Virus record (IMG/VR): IMGVR_UViG_3300044796_000394
Origin: a virus
Taxonomy: Duplodnaviria; Heunggongvirae; Uroviricota; Caudoviricetes
Direction: 5' to 3' (one strand)
DNA length: 64,000 bases
In this document: in pieces, positions 8,497 through 17,081 of the stretch
How the letters are laid out: every line of letters starts with the position of its first letter
Numbering within the stretch: position 1 is the first letter of the stretch
Notes under the pieces: generated by a model
The model's input: only the letters and a program-made list of their open reading frames with translations
The model's database searches: none
What the model was told of the DNA's origin: nothing
Translations under genes and position numbers: made by a program

Positions 8497-9579
8497 ATGA
8501 GTGAAGATAAATCTTTCAAGCAACAACGTAAGCCAACTAACCCGTTGGAAGGCTTTAATTTGGATGATGCTGCTGGTGTCATGGATAAGATCAAAAATTT
8601 AGAAAAGAACTATCAGGCATCCGACCCCTTGGCAGAGAAGCTAGGTGGCAATATGCCTTTCGGACTAGAAGGAAACGTGCCTCCCGAAGTTGCTAACATG
8701 TTTAAGAAAGACGGACTTTCGCAAATCAACAAGCAACCCGAACCAGCTCCCGCACGACCAATATCTCGTCCCAAAGTTAATAATACCAAACTTGATGAAC
8801 TCCTTCAAGCTCTCAAACCTTCTACCGCTCAGTACGAAGAAGCCATTCTCCCATCGTACTCCAAATTTTACAACAACGGTGAAGCACCCGAAGGTGGCAT
8901 CATTCACGTACGACGAATGACCGGTGATGAAGAAGAAATTTTAGGTACGCCTCGGTTCTTGAAAAAAGGCCAAGCAGTTGACATGATCTTTGAAAATTGC
9001 GTTAAGGAAAAAATCAGTCCTCAACATTGGTTAACTGTTGATAGAACTTATCTCTTGATGTATCTTCGTGGCATCTCATTGGGTACGCAATACGACGTTG
9101 AATTAACTTGTCCAATGTGTTCGGCGAGATTTGAATCCGTTATCGATTTGGATACTTTGCGAGTTCGCTATTGCCCGAAGGATTTCAATCAAGATTCATT
9201 GAAAGGTGAATTGCCGATCAGTAAGTTCAAGTTTGAGTACAGATTGCCAACCATTGTTGATGAAATGAAAATTGGCGAATACTACGACAAGGTGATCAAG
9301 GAAAATCGCCAAGACGACAGCGCCACGTTCCGCTTGGCAACACTGATCGAGGAAATTGAAGGCTTGGATGAATTTTTCGCCTTGATGGAGTTAATCAAAG
9401 CGTTGCCGATTGTTGATTTTGCTTACTTGAGAGAAATCGTCAGCGACTCTTTGTTTGGAACTGAAACCAAAGTTGATCAATATTGCTTAGCTTGTGACAA
9501 AGAATTCAAGACGGAGTTGCCGCTGGGAGCAAGTTTTTTCTTCCCCCGCCGGAAGAAGGCAAGCCCAACCCGAGCTTAA
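8497..9579 (+). CDS. Baseplate hub / tail assembly chaperone (T4 gp26-like)
   Basis: LPS...Y, R.MT..EEEIL, L..DR.YL...LRGIS.G..Y....CP.C, C..C......P....FFFP. Confidence 0.8.
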   Translation: MSEDKSFKQQRKPTNPLEGFNLDDAAGVMDKIKNLEKNYQASDPLAEKLGGNMPFGLEGNVPPEVANMFKKDGLSQINKQPEPAPARPISRPKVNNTKLDELLQALKPSTAQYEEAILPSYSKFYNNGEAPEGGIIHVRRMTGDEEEILGTPRFLKKGQAVDMIFENCVKEKISPQHWLTVDRTYLLMYLRGISLGTQYDVELTCPMCSARFESVIDLDTLRVRYCPKDFNQDSLKGELPISKFKFEYRLPTIVDEMKIGEYYDKVIKENRQDDSATFRLATLIEEIEGLDEFFALMELIKALPIVDFAYLREIVSDSLFGTETKVDQYCLACDKEFKTELPLGASFFFPRRKKASPTRA

Positions 9580-9596
9580 GGATCAAAAAGCAGCTA

Positions 9597-9755
9597 ATGG
9601 AGGAGCAGTGGTTTTTCCTTTATAATTTCCACATGTCTCCACAGGAAACAAAGAAAATACCGATCTTTGATCGCAAATGGTTTATAGATAGATTTGTGGC
9701 ACAAAAAGCCAAAGAACAAGAAGCCTACGAACGTGAAGTTAAAAAGAAGCATTAA
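9597..9755 (+). CDS. Small gp51-like hub chaperone (possibly also reached by -1 frameshift)
   Basis: Manual translation MEEQWFFLYNFHMSPQETKKIPIFDRKWFIDRFVAQKAKEQEAYEREVKKKH; P..R.W pattern downstream of a gp26-like gene. Confidence 0.75.
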   Translation: MEEQWFFLYNFHMSPQETKKIPIFDRKWFIDRFVAQKAKEQEAYEREVKKKH

Positions 9756-9756
9756 A

Positions 9757-9861
9757 ATGAAAAATACCTTAATTTTTATTATGATGATCGTATTATTGAT
9801 AGTTCTTTTTTACGCTGGCTTGTGGTCATTGATTTACTTGGGACAACATTATGGAAGTTGA
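9757..9861 (+). CDS. Small single-pass membrane peptide (34 aa)
   Basis: MKNTLIFIMMIVLLIVLFYAGLWSLIYLGQHYGS, starting 1 nt after the previous stop. Confidence 0.4.
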   Translation: MKNTLIFIMMIVLLIVLFYAGLWSLIYLGQHYGS

Positions 9862-9862
9862 A

Positions 9863-9905
9863 TCACGGAAAAAAATAAAATCACGGATTGATCTAAATTC
9901 ACGGA
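9863..9905 (+). repeat. Three TCACGGA direct repeats at exact 18-bp period (candidate operator)
   Basis: TCACGGA at 9863, 9881 and 9899, directly upstream of an HTH gene. Confidence 0.7.
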
Positions 9906-9934
9906 TTACCTTTCTACATACATTAGGATAGCGA

Positions 9935-10612
9935 ATGACCAACATTAGCATCAACAAAGCCGCTGCCATTCTTAACCTTCATGTTGATACGTTAAGAGAT
10001 TTGGACAGACGTGGTATTTTGATAGCGAATAAAACGACGGGTGGACATCGTCGCTATAACTCATTAGAGGTTTTTAAATTGGCGAACAAAAAAAATGGTA
10101 ATTTGACCAAATTCGAACGAACAATGTTGGCAACCAATTATTGGATACTGGCGTTGGGAAATTCGAAAGAAAAAGCTGAGTGGGAACGTAAAGCCGAAGC
10201 AGTTCTTTATGGTTATGAAGCAGAATATTTTCTTGATATGGATGATGACGTTTTATCATCAGATGATTGCCATGAAGTATCTGCTATTATGCAAATGTAT
10301 TGGATTGGACAACGAGAATATCAAAAATTGGATGATAAGTCTGGTATTACCGAATACCATATGACCAATTTAGGTTTTTCGGATGACAATCGTGCTGGAT
10401 ATGCACGATACCGAAAAAATGAAGATGGCCAAGAGTTATTTCAAGGCTTGGTTTCCGAATGTAAGGATTTCACCAAAATGGTTCCCAATGGTCTTGAGAT
10501 GGCCAGATACAGAAAAATGCTTTTGAGATGGAATTCAATCCAAAAAAATAAGAACATTGGTAAATTCGTTGATAAAGAAGATTTGATTGAAGTATTTGTC
10601 AATACCCACTAA
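9935..10612 (+). CDS. MerR/IS607-type HTH fused to a YfbU (UPF0304) domain
   Basis: N-term ISINKAAAILNLHVDTLRDLDRRG...TTGGHRRY; C-term LT..ER..L...Y.IL, GY, C.EV..I..MY, LGF, Y.KML..W resemble YfbU. Confidence 0.75.
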   Translation: MTNISINKAAAILNLHVDTLRDLDRRGILIANKTTGGHRRYNSLEVFKLANKKNGNLTKFERTMLATNYWILALGNSKEKAEWERKAEAVLYGYEAEYFLDMDDDVLSSDDCHEVSAIMQMYWIGQREYQKLDDKSGITEYHMTNLGFSDDNRAGYARYRKNEDGQELFQGLVSECKDFTKMVPNGLEMARYRKMLLRWNSIQKNKNIGKFVDKEDLIEVFVNTH

Positions 10613-10613
10613 T

Positions 10614-11492
10614 ATGAACCATGTAACATGGAGTCGTAAAATTAAAAAAAGAGACAAGATGTGCCAAACATGTGGCACATCTTGTCGCCTTGTCGCTCAT
10701 CATATTAAATCATGGGTTCAATATCCAGAATTTAGATATGATTTAACTAATGGCAAAACTCTATGCGAACAATGTCACAAAGACATAAAAATCAAACAAA
10801 ACCCCGCACAAAAACAAAGCAACCAAGATTATTCACAATTCGAACCAACTGGAGAAAAATACCATTATTGGAATGTGTTAAATAGCCAAGAACGGCGAGG
10901 TAAAAAATATTTCATTCTTTGTAAATGCAATTGTGGAACTATCAAATTCGTAGAAAAATGTGGACTCAAAAAAGGCAAAAGTAAAAGTTGTGGATGTTTT
11001 AAAAAAGAAATATTAATCCAAAATTTTTCTGGTAAAAACAATCCACAATATACTCATGGTCAATCGTTAAGAAAATCTTGGACAAAAGAATATCGTTGTT
11101 GGGTTGATATTAAAACTAGATGTTATAATGACAACCGTAGAGGATATGAGAATTATGGCGGCAGAGGAATTAAAATGTGTGAAACATGGTTGAATGATTT
11201 TGAACATTTTTTTGCCGATATGGGTAAAGCACCATCACCCAAACACGAGTTAGATAGAATTGATGTTAACGGCAATTATGAAAAAAACAATTGTCGATGG
11301 ATAACACATAGTCAAAATTGTTTAAATACCACCAAAAATAAATTTATAACATTGAATAACAAAACTCAAACATACGTTGAGTGGGAAAGAGAACTCCAAT
11401 TGACACGTGGTACAATAAGTCGTCGTGTTAAAAAAGGATATTCAATTGAACGGTGTTTGTCACCTGTGAAGGAGAGCAAAAATGAAGGATAG
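10614..11492 (+). CDS. HNH homing endonuclease (two HNH-type modules)
   Basis: RD..CQ.CG...L.AHHIK.W...PE.RYD..NG.TLC..CH; CKCNCG, SCGC, YGGRGI..C..W, LDRIDVNGNYE..NCRW. Confidence 0.9.
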   Translation: MNHVTWSRKIKKRDKMCQTCGTSCRLVAHHIKSWVQYPEFRYDLTNGKTLCEQCHKDIKIKQNPAQKQSNQDYSQFEPTGEKYHYWNVLNSQERRGKKYFILCKCNCGTIKFVEKCGLKKGKSKSCGCFKKEILIQNFSGKNNPQYTHGQSLRKSWTKEYRCWVDIKTRCYNDNRRGYENYGGRGIKMCETWLNDFEHFFADMGKAPSPKHELDRIDVNGNYEKNNCRWITHSQNCLNTTKNKFITLNNKTQTYVEWERELQLTRGTISRRVKKGYSIERCLSPVKESKNEG

Positions 11493-12210
11493 AGCACAAA
11501 ATCCAGTAGTCGGTGATGAAATTCTGTTAAAGATGTTCGCAAGAAATTCGAACAATCTAGCGGACGTTTACAGTATTTCATCCGTTGACATCTACAAGAG
11601 AGAATGTACTGAAAAAACCTGTGATAATCCCGAAGGCAACATTCTTATTGAGTCGCTGACGGATTGTGTAGCCCGTACGGATACCGGAACCTATCAAGTT
11701 ATTCTAGGAACTTCGGCACCACAATACACCATCGGAAAGTATCACGATGTTTGGAACGTTATCTTCAAAGCAGGAGACGATGTAGCCAAGGTTAAACAAA
11801 ACTTTAGCATCTATCCCGACCTGTGGATTACAAGCCCCACTCCGGTAGTGTACAGTTTTGACTTCTCATTCACACCGAATAGAATCAGACAGGGTTCAAT
11901 CAAGTGGCTTATCATTCAAATTACACCTAATGTACCGAGGGCAACCGACTTACAGAGGTATTACGAGAATGTCGCCATTTCAGCAGACTTAAAGATCAGC
12001 ATTGAACAGAATTGCGGGCCATGTACACCAGCGGAACGGGACTTACGAATGATCGTGGATTGCGAACCAGTAACGACAAGGGACAAGGTGTTCGCCTACT
12101 ACAAACTGGATACGACCGAAATGGACTGTGGCATCTACGACGTTACGTTTACGTTGGACTTTGCCGGAAACCGGGAAGTGAGTCCCATCCAACAGTTTCA
12201 GATATATTAA
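11482..12210 (+). CDS. Hypothetical protein, probably virion structural (beta-rich)
   Basis: 242 aa, AAGGAG SD, G.Y.D.W pattern. Confidence 0.65.
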   Translation: MKDRAQNPVVGDEILLKMFARNSNNLADVYSISSVDIYKRECTEKTCDNPEGNILIESLTDCVARTDTGTYQVILGTSAPQYTIGKYHDVWNVIFKAGDDVAKVKQNFSIYPDLWITSPTPVVYSFDFSFTPNRIRQGSIKWLIIQITPNVPRATDLQRYYENVAISADLKISIEQNCGPCTPAERDLRMIVDCEPVTTRDKVFAYYKLDTTEMDCGIYDVTFTLDFAGNREVSPIQQFQIY

Positions 12211-12218
12211 GTCGCCTG

Positions 12219-12225
12219 CTAAATA
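12219..12225 (+). promoter_or_regulatory. Candidate late promoter CTAAATA
   Basis: 7 nt before ATG 12233; the motif recurs before many genes. Confidence 0.5.
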
Positions 12226-12232
12226 CAACACC

Positions 12233-12787
12233 ATGAGTAATGACGACGACGATTTTGATGTAGAAGACATACTTGGAAATCTTAACAAAAAAGACTCCAA
12301 GAAAAAGAAGATCAATAGCAAACGCAAAGGCAACAATGGCGAGCTAGACCTGATCCTTTCTTTGACCGCTCGTTTTCCCGGCAAGACATTTTTCCGTGTC
12401 GTAGGCAGTGGAAACCGTGGCTCGCAAGTTAGCTTGGGCGAACACAAGGAAATGTTCACTGGTGATATTGTCTGCCCACCTAATTTCAAATTTACCATTG
12501 AATGCAAATACGGATATGACGGTGTAGAAATGTTGTCGTTCTTTCCGGACGGACATCGTCAGGTCAACGAATGGATCAAACAAGCCGCAAGGGATGCCGG
12601 TAGCCTCAACAAACAACCTTTACTCTGTTGGCGCAAGCCCCGTCAACCTTGGCTGGCCTTCATCAAATGGGAAATGTTACAAGCAATCACCCCGCAACCT
12701 CTACACCATATGAGGTATAAGGATTACGGGGTTCTCTCTCTTAGCTCTCTGCTAACCCAACCGGATGAATTCTGGTTCAAGTCCTAA
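12233..12787 (+). CDS. Holliday junction resolvase (PD-(D/E)xK)
   Basis: NSK.KG..GE, R..GSG, GDI..P..F.F.IECK, W..QA..DA....K.PLL. Confidence 0.85.
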   Translation: MSNDDDDFDVEDILGNLNKKDSKKKKINSKRKGNNGELDLILSLTARFPGKTFFRVVGSGNRGSQVSLGEHKEMFTGDIVCPPNFKFTIECKYGYDGVEMLSFFPDGHRQVNEWIKQAARDAGSLNKQPLLCWRKPRQPWLAFIKWEMLQAITPQPLHHMRYKDYGVLSLSSLLTQPDEFWFKS

Positions 12788-13038
12788 TATTTTGGTGCTG
12801 GTGTACCTTCAACGAAACCCTTGTTCCATGCCTGATCTAGTTCGGCATCATATTGGGTGTATTTGGTATGATTGAGAGTGTACGGATTGTCTAGGGACGA
12901 CAATCGCTTCTGTCCGGCCATAAGTCCCGTGTCGTGGGCTTGCTTGATTTGTTCGGCTCTCTGTGCTTCACTTTGACAACCACAGATAAACATTAACGTC
13001 AACAATAACAATACTTTTTTCAACATTTGGTACTCCAA
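12784..13038 (-). CDS. Putative lipoprotein
   Basis: KK-hydrophobic-CGC signal peptide; NPY...W..GF. Confidence 0.55.
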   Translation of the reverse strand: MEYQMLKKVLLLLTLMFICGCQSEAQRAEQIKQAHDTGLMAGQKRLSSLDNPYTLNHTKYTQYDAELDQAWNKGFVEGTPAPKY

Positions 13039-13071
13039 AAAACGCCCGCCGAATGGCGGGCGTTGGTTTTT
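13037..13071. terminator. Intrinsic terminator
   Basis: AAAAAACGCCCGCC-GAAT-GGCGGGCGTT-GG-TTTTT. Confidence 0.8.
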
Positions 13072-13299
13072 TCACTGTTCGCTAATCGTCAGAGTTACTG
13101 TCGCTGAATGGGCCTCACTGCGAATCAGTGAGACCTTATCCATGATTCGCCGGAACTCTTCGGCGGTCATGTTTTTCGCTTGGATGGAGTTGTAAACCCC
13201 GGTGCGAAAACTTTCAAGCGACTTCACCATTTTGTCGTAAATGGCGTCAAACTGTTTAAGCTGTTCCACTTTGTACCCCCAAGGAACGGATGACTTCAA
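13072..13299 (-). CDS. Hypothetical protein (true start probably the GTG at EQLKQF)
   Basis: GGGGG SD-like run before the GTG. Confidence 0.55.
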   Translation of the reverse strand: MKSSVPWGYKVEQLKQFDAIYDKMVKSLESFRTGVYNSIQAKNMTAEEFRRIMDKVSLIRSEAHSATVTLTISEQ

Positions 13300-14617
13300 A
13301 TTGGTCGATGATCTGACTCAACTCTCTGTTGCTCAGATGATTGCGAGCGGCTTCATCATGAACGCTCTTCTTGAGAACAGTTAAGTCCCCCAAGATTCCA
13401 TCCACATTTTTGCGGAACAACTCAAAGTCGATGTCGCCCTCAAAGGGCAGGTCTTGTGCTGTAACAACGACGCCGTTTTTCAACTCTTCTTCGCCGGGTT
13501 CCCGACTCACCGCATCGCTTCTTGGAGGGAGGGTATGCCCGTTGTTGACGCTATTTCTAGCGGGGTTCCCCACCTTTTTTTTTTCGCCCGCTGGCACAGT
13601 AGGAGTAGTCGGCTCTTCCTTCAAATCAGGCGGTACGGATTCGTCCGATTTGAGACGACACAAGACCTTCATCGGGGGCAGAGACACTTCAACCGGCTTC
13701 TTGAAGTTAAGTTTGTCATCCTCGTCTTCGGCTTGCCAGTGATCGATGTGCTTCGTCTTCGTGATCTTGAACTTACGAATCTGCCAAGGCTTGTTTGGGC
13801 CTTCTTCGTTTTCGTCCGTAGACAGGAGCCAGACTTGGTAGGGAGGGAACTCGATGATAACGTGATCGGCTGTGACGTAATCCTTAGCCGAAGGCGTATC
13901 TTCGATAACCGACCGCCAGATTTCGGCAGTGGAACAGAAGAAGATTTGGCCGAGCGTTTTCCGCATGTCGATCACCCACAGAGGGCGTTCTTCATCACGG
14001 AACAACCAGAGGTAGCGGGAATTGTCGTCCCCACGCTCTGCGATTGCCACGGCCATTGCGCCATAGTTAACACGGCTGAAGATTTCCTTCATACCGAGCA
14101 ACCGTTCGGCCAAAAACGTCGACATGGTAGGGAACTCTTCTTTGAGTTGAGTTTCCCGTTCCTTGGCGATGACTCTTGACGATTCGAACATGCGGAGCAA
14201 GATTTCGCTGTCACAATCGCTTTCAATGGAATACCGACCCTTCAAGGCCGAGAATTCCGGAATCTTCCCGTTGTGTACCATTGCGACACGACGGTCGTCT
14301 GATACGTGCGGGTGATTGTTCTTGTTAATTCTTTCCGGCCCGCCACCGACCGAAGTCGCCCGACAGTGACCGATGAACAAATCGACGCCGCCTTGAATGA
14401 AAGCGGGAACGTCTTTTTGCCAAATGTCTTGTTTAATGTACTCGGAACTCTTTTTGGGTTCCTTGTCGTACATGATCGAACCATCCGCAACCGAACAACC
14501 GTAAAAACCGGATGCGTCAGTGCCACGAGGTTCAGTTTTAACGAACAACTTGTTGAGCAAGTCGTAGGTTACTTTGGGGTCTTTGCTCACCCCAATAAAG
14601 CCGAAGATTCCGCACAA
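13256..14617 (-). CDS. Class II (Ntn) glutamine amidotransferase domain protein
   Basis: N-terminal MCGIFGF, RG.DASG, IGHCRATS, NNHP, HNG.I, CDSE. Confidence 0.88.
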   Translation of the reverse strand: MCGIFGFIGVSKDPKVTYDLLNKLFVKTEPRGTDASGFYGCSVADGSIMYDKEPKKSSEYIKQDIWQKDVPAFIQGGVDLFIGHCRATSVGGGPERINKNNHPHVSDDRRVAMVHNGKIPEFSALKGRYSIESDCDSEILLRMFESSRVIAKERETQLKEEFPTMSTFLAERLLGMKEIFSRVNYGAMAVAIAERGDDNSRYLWLFRDEERPLWVIDMRKTLGQIFFCSTAEIWRSVIEDTPSAKDYVTADHVIIEFPPYQVWLLSTDENEEGPNKPWQIRKFKITKTKHIDHWQAEDEDDKLNFKKPVEVSLPPMKVLCRLKSDESVPPDLKEEPTTPTVPAGEKKKVGNPARNSVNNGHTLPPRSDAVSREPGEEELKNGVVVTAQDLPFEGDIDFELFRKNVDGILGDLTVLKKSVHDEAARNHLSNRELSQIIDQFEVIRSLGVQSGTA

Positions 14618-14699
14618 AGTATCGCTCCTTTTTGTTCGTTCAAAACTCTGCGGGTGATTCGCAACTGTTTAGAACAGTTTAACATTTTAGAAAATACTA

Positions 14700-15119
14700 T
14701 CAAGCCCCAATGTTTTCTGGCGCCAGTCCATTTTCCGGCGATTCTTCTTCATCAGCATCTTGATCAGATGCCAAATCGTTAACGGGCACTTCGGAATCTT
14801 GGGTGATTTTCTCAATGACTGCAACCGCTCCAGCCAGTATACCAGACATATCTGATTTTTCATCTATAGCTTTACAGATGGCTACACCGACTTTTTGAAG
14901 CGATTTTAGAGAATTAAGATCCTCATCATCCCACCTACCATGTACAACACGACGAATTTGATTGATAATACCTTGGCTCGCACGAATCAAGGCACGATTA
15001 CCTAAATTCGGCGCATCTTCAGACAAACTCTGTAACGCAGACAAGATGTCTCCGACTTTTTGACCTAAATAATATTTGTTCTCATTAATGAGAAAGTTTT
15101 TGAAATGAATAGCTGCCAT
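14700..15119 (-). CDS. Hypothetical protein, candidate internal head protein
   Basis: Start MAAIHFKNFLINE; CTATATA 5 nt upstream. Confidence 0.65.
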   Translation of the reverse strand: MAAIHFKNFLINENKYYLGQKVGDILSALQSLSEDAPNLGNRALIRASQGIINQIRRVVHGRWDDEDLNSLKSLQKVGVAICKAIDEKSDMSGILAGAVAVIEKITQDSEVPVNDLASDQDADEEESPENGLAPENIGA

Positions 15120-15136
15120 ATTCTTATATAGTAGCC

Positions 15137-16159
15137 TTACAAAGCATATCGCAGCCAAATCGGCATCACACGCTGCAAGTAGTCCATGAACTTCCACAAT
15201 CCTATCCGACTGTCATTGTGGCCGTAACGATCCGTATAAGTTTCAGGAAATGCCATACCACAACCAAACAATCCCGGTGCAATAATGCCAGTTCTTGTAT
15301 CGTAAGTCAATTTCGCATTTTCACTGTACATGAATTCTTTGACCCTAATTCTCTTTGGAATAAATCCCGTAGCTACAACGATTTTATCACAAAACTTAAC
15401 ATTTTCTGTGAACGTTGATCTCACCAAATTGGGAATTTTCTTTCCAATTACCATCGTTTTCGTCCACTCTGCAACTTCGCCCTTCAACCCCTTATCATCG
15501 TACAAGGTATGATCTTCAAACTTAACAGCAAAACAAAACGGACTGCGGTAAACATTGGTGACTTTTTTGACCGGTAACTCAATGAGATTTTTAACGACTA
15601 ACATCGCTGAATGTGACGATCCAACAACCGCCACCTTATCTTCTTCAACAAAAGCTTCCCGACACTTTTCTGAATCAAGGGCAACTTCCAACGGAATCAT
15701 TTTTGGTCGTTTGATAAACTCATTATTTTCAATCTTATAAGTACCACCCGAAGCCATAATAATATTTTTGGCAAAGTAAACGGCCTTGTTTTGCATCGTT
15801 ACCTGCCAGCCACCTTCGCCTTCTTCAAGATCAACAACTTTACCCTTAATCGTTGGAATTTGTGATTTTAAGTTGTCCGTAACATCCATCAAAGGTTCGA
15901 TAATGTACTTTAATTGACAATTTGAATCAGGCGGCAATTCAAACAGTTCATGCTGAGGATGGTTTCCGAAAGACTTACAAGCAGTCAAAAACCTAACAAA
16001 CAACTCCACACGAGTATTGCTTGGTACATTTCGCCACTTGGAAAAATTGCCGACTTCAAAACTCTCATCAATCCAAACAACATCTTGTTTATTATCCAAA
16101 AGTTGTCCAACCGCTGCAATTCCTGCCGGGCCTGCACCAATGACTATCCAATCACTCAT
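15137..16159 (-). CDS. FAD/NAD(P)-dependent oxidoreductase (pyridine nucleotide-disulfide family)
   Basis: VIGAGPAG, second Rossmann-like VVGSSHSA, ATGF, G.AFP. Confidence 0.85.
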   Translation of the reverse strand: MSDWIVIGAGPAGIAAVGQLLDNKQDVVWIDESFEVGNFSKWRNVPSNTRVELFVRFLTACKSFGNHPQHELFELPPDSNCQLKYIIEPLMDVTDNLKSQIPTIKGKVVDLEEGEGGWQVTMQNKAVYFAKNIIMASGGTYKIENNEFIKRPKMIPLEVALDSEKCREAFVEEDKVAVVGSSHSAMLVVKNLIELPVKKVTNVYRSPFCFAVKFEDHTLYDDKGLKGEVAEWTKTMVIGKKIPNLVRSTFTENVKFCDKIVVATGFIPKRIRVKEFMYSENAKLTYDTRTGIIAPGLFGCGMAFPETYTDRYGHNDSRIGLWKFMDYLQRVMPIWLRYAL

Positions 16160-16176
16160 TATAATATCCTTGGAAA

Positions 16177-16377
16177 TTAATACTTCAAATCCTCGCCAGC
16201 CAGAACAGCTTCGAGCGGATTATAACATGCCTTATTCCATTTGTTCCATTGCGGAACAGTTACCCTAGCCTTGCAAGCAGGACACCAACGTTGACAACAA
16301 GCCGTTTCATCCAAATCATGATCCAATTCGTTTTGTGCCCAACGCAACACTTCCAACAAATCATTTTTAGTATTCAC
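16177..16377 (-). CDS. Hypothetical protein
   Basis: 66 aa with a CC..WCPAC motif. Confidence 0.55.
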   Translation of the reverse strand: MNTKNDLLEVLRWAQNELDHDLDETACCQRWCPACKARVTVPQWNKWNKACYNPLEAVLAGEDLKY

Positions 16378-16380
16378 GAC

Positions 16381-16803
16381 TCAATCCTCGGAAATCAACA
16401 ACTTTTTTGGCGTTGGTTTTTTCTTTTTACCAACTCTAATTTGCAAATCTTTGTCCCACATGTTAAACATGTAGATGCCGGGCAAATCCTGCTCAAATGC
16501 CCGAAGACGATAACCCCACCCATCATCGCCAATCTCTGTTACGACGGCACGAATGCAATCTTTCATCAAGGTTGGTGAAGTCGAAACAACATAGACCTTG
16601 TCGCCAACTTTAAACTTCTCAGTCTTTCGCCACAATTTCAAAGTTTCTTCCGCACACTTGAGATGCTCTTCAGTGTACTCAAAAGAAAAAGGATTGCATT
16701 CGATTTTCCGTTCTTGACACAGTTTCCTGAAATGAGCCTTGGCATCTTTGCCAAGCATTTCAATCGTATCCACCTTCAACATGACTTTGGTTTGAATGCT
16801 CAT
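16381..16803 (-). CDS. Hypothetical protein (KOW/SH3-like segment)
   Basis: ATGA overlap; KFKVGDKVYV. Confidence 0.6.
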   Translation of the reverse strand: MSIQTKVMLKVDTIEMLGKDAKAHFRKLCQERKIECNPFSFEYTEEHLKCAEETLKLWRKTEKFKVGDKVYVVSTSPTLMKDCIRAVVTEIGDDGWGYRLRAFEQDLPGIYMFNMWDKDLQIRVGKKKKPTPKKLLISED

Positions 16804-17081
16804 CTCTTGAGCTCCACAACTTTTTTGATTTGGAACTTTGGCAAAACGGATTCGTTATCAATGTACTCAGTTGCCAGAGCAATTGCCTCTTCCCCCGACA
16901 TTCTGGGATGTTGATAAACGAGATTGTAAAAGATTTCCGCCCGCCGAGCTGTTCTCGCAGCATCATCAGGATCGGTGGCACTGTAAATTTCCTTGCCGAT
17001 GACACCCGTTGTTTCAACGAGGTACTTCTTCTTCGACCACTGGCTCATTCTTGATCCCCTTGCGTTCCATTGCGATTTCAA
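16800..17081 (-). CDS. Hypothetical protein
   Basis: Packed between pyrG and the next gene; start probably MSQW. Confidence 0.55.
   Translation of the reverse strand: MKSQWNARGSRMSQWSKKKYLVETTGVIGKEIYSATDPDDAARTARRAEIFYNLVYQHPRMSGEEAIALATEYIDNESVLPKFQIKKVVELKR

Noticed and set aside
9935-11492. IS607-family element
   Set aside because: Only the HTH resembles IS607 TnpA. There is no serine recombinase catalytic domain and no TnpB.
13256-13299. Frameshift joining the GATase to the downstream small ORF
   Set aside because: The downstream ORF has its own plausible GTG start with an SD-like GGGGG, so an ordinary overlap explains it.
16160-16410. C-terminal KKLLISED of 16381-16803 as a seventh copy of the array tag
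   Set aside because: It lacks the CEIL core and the DNA junction repeat. The similarity is only compositional.
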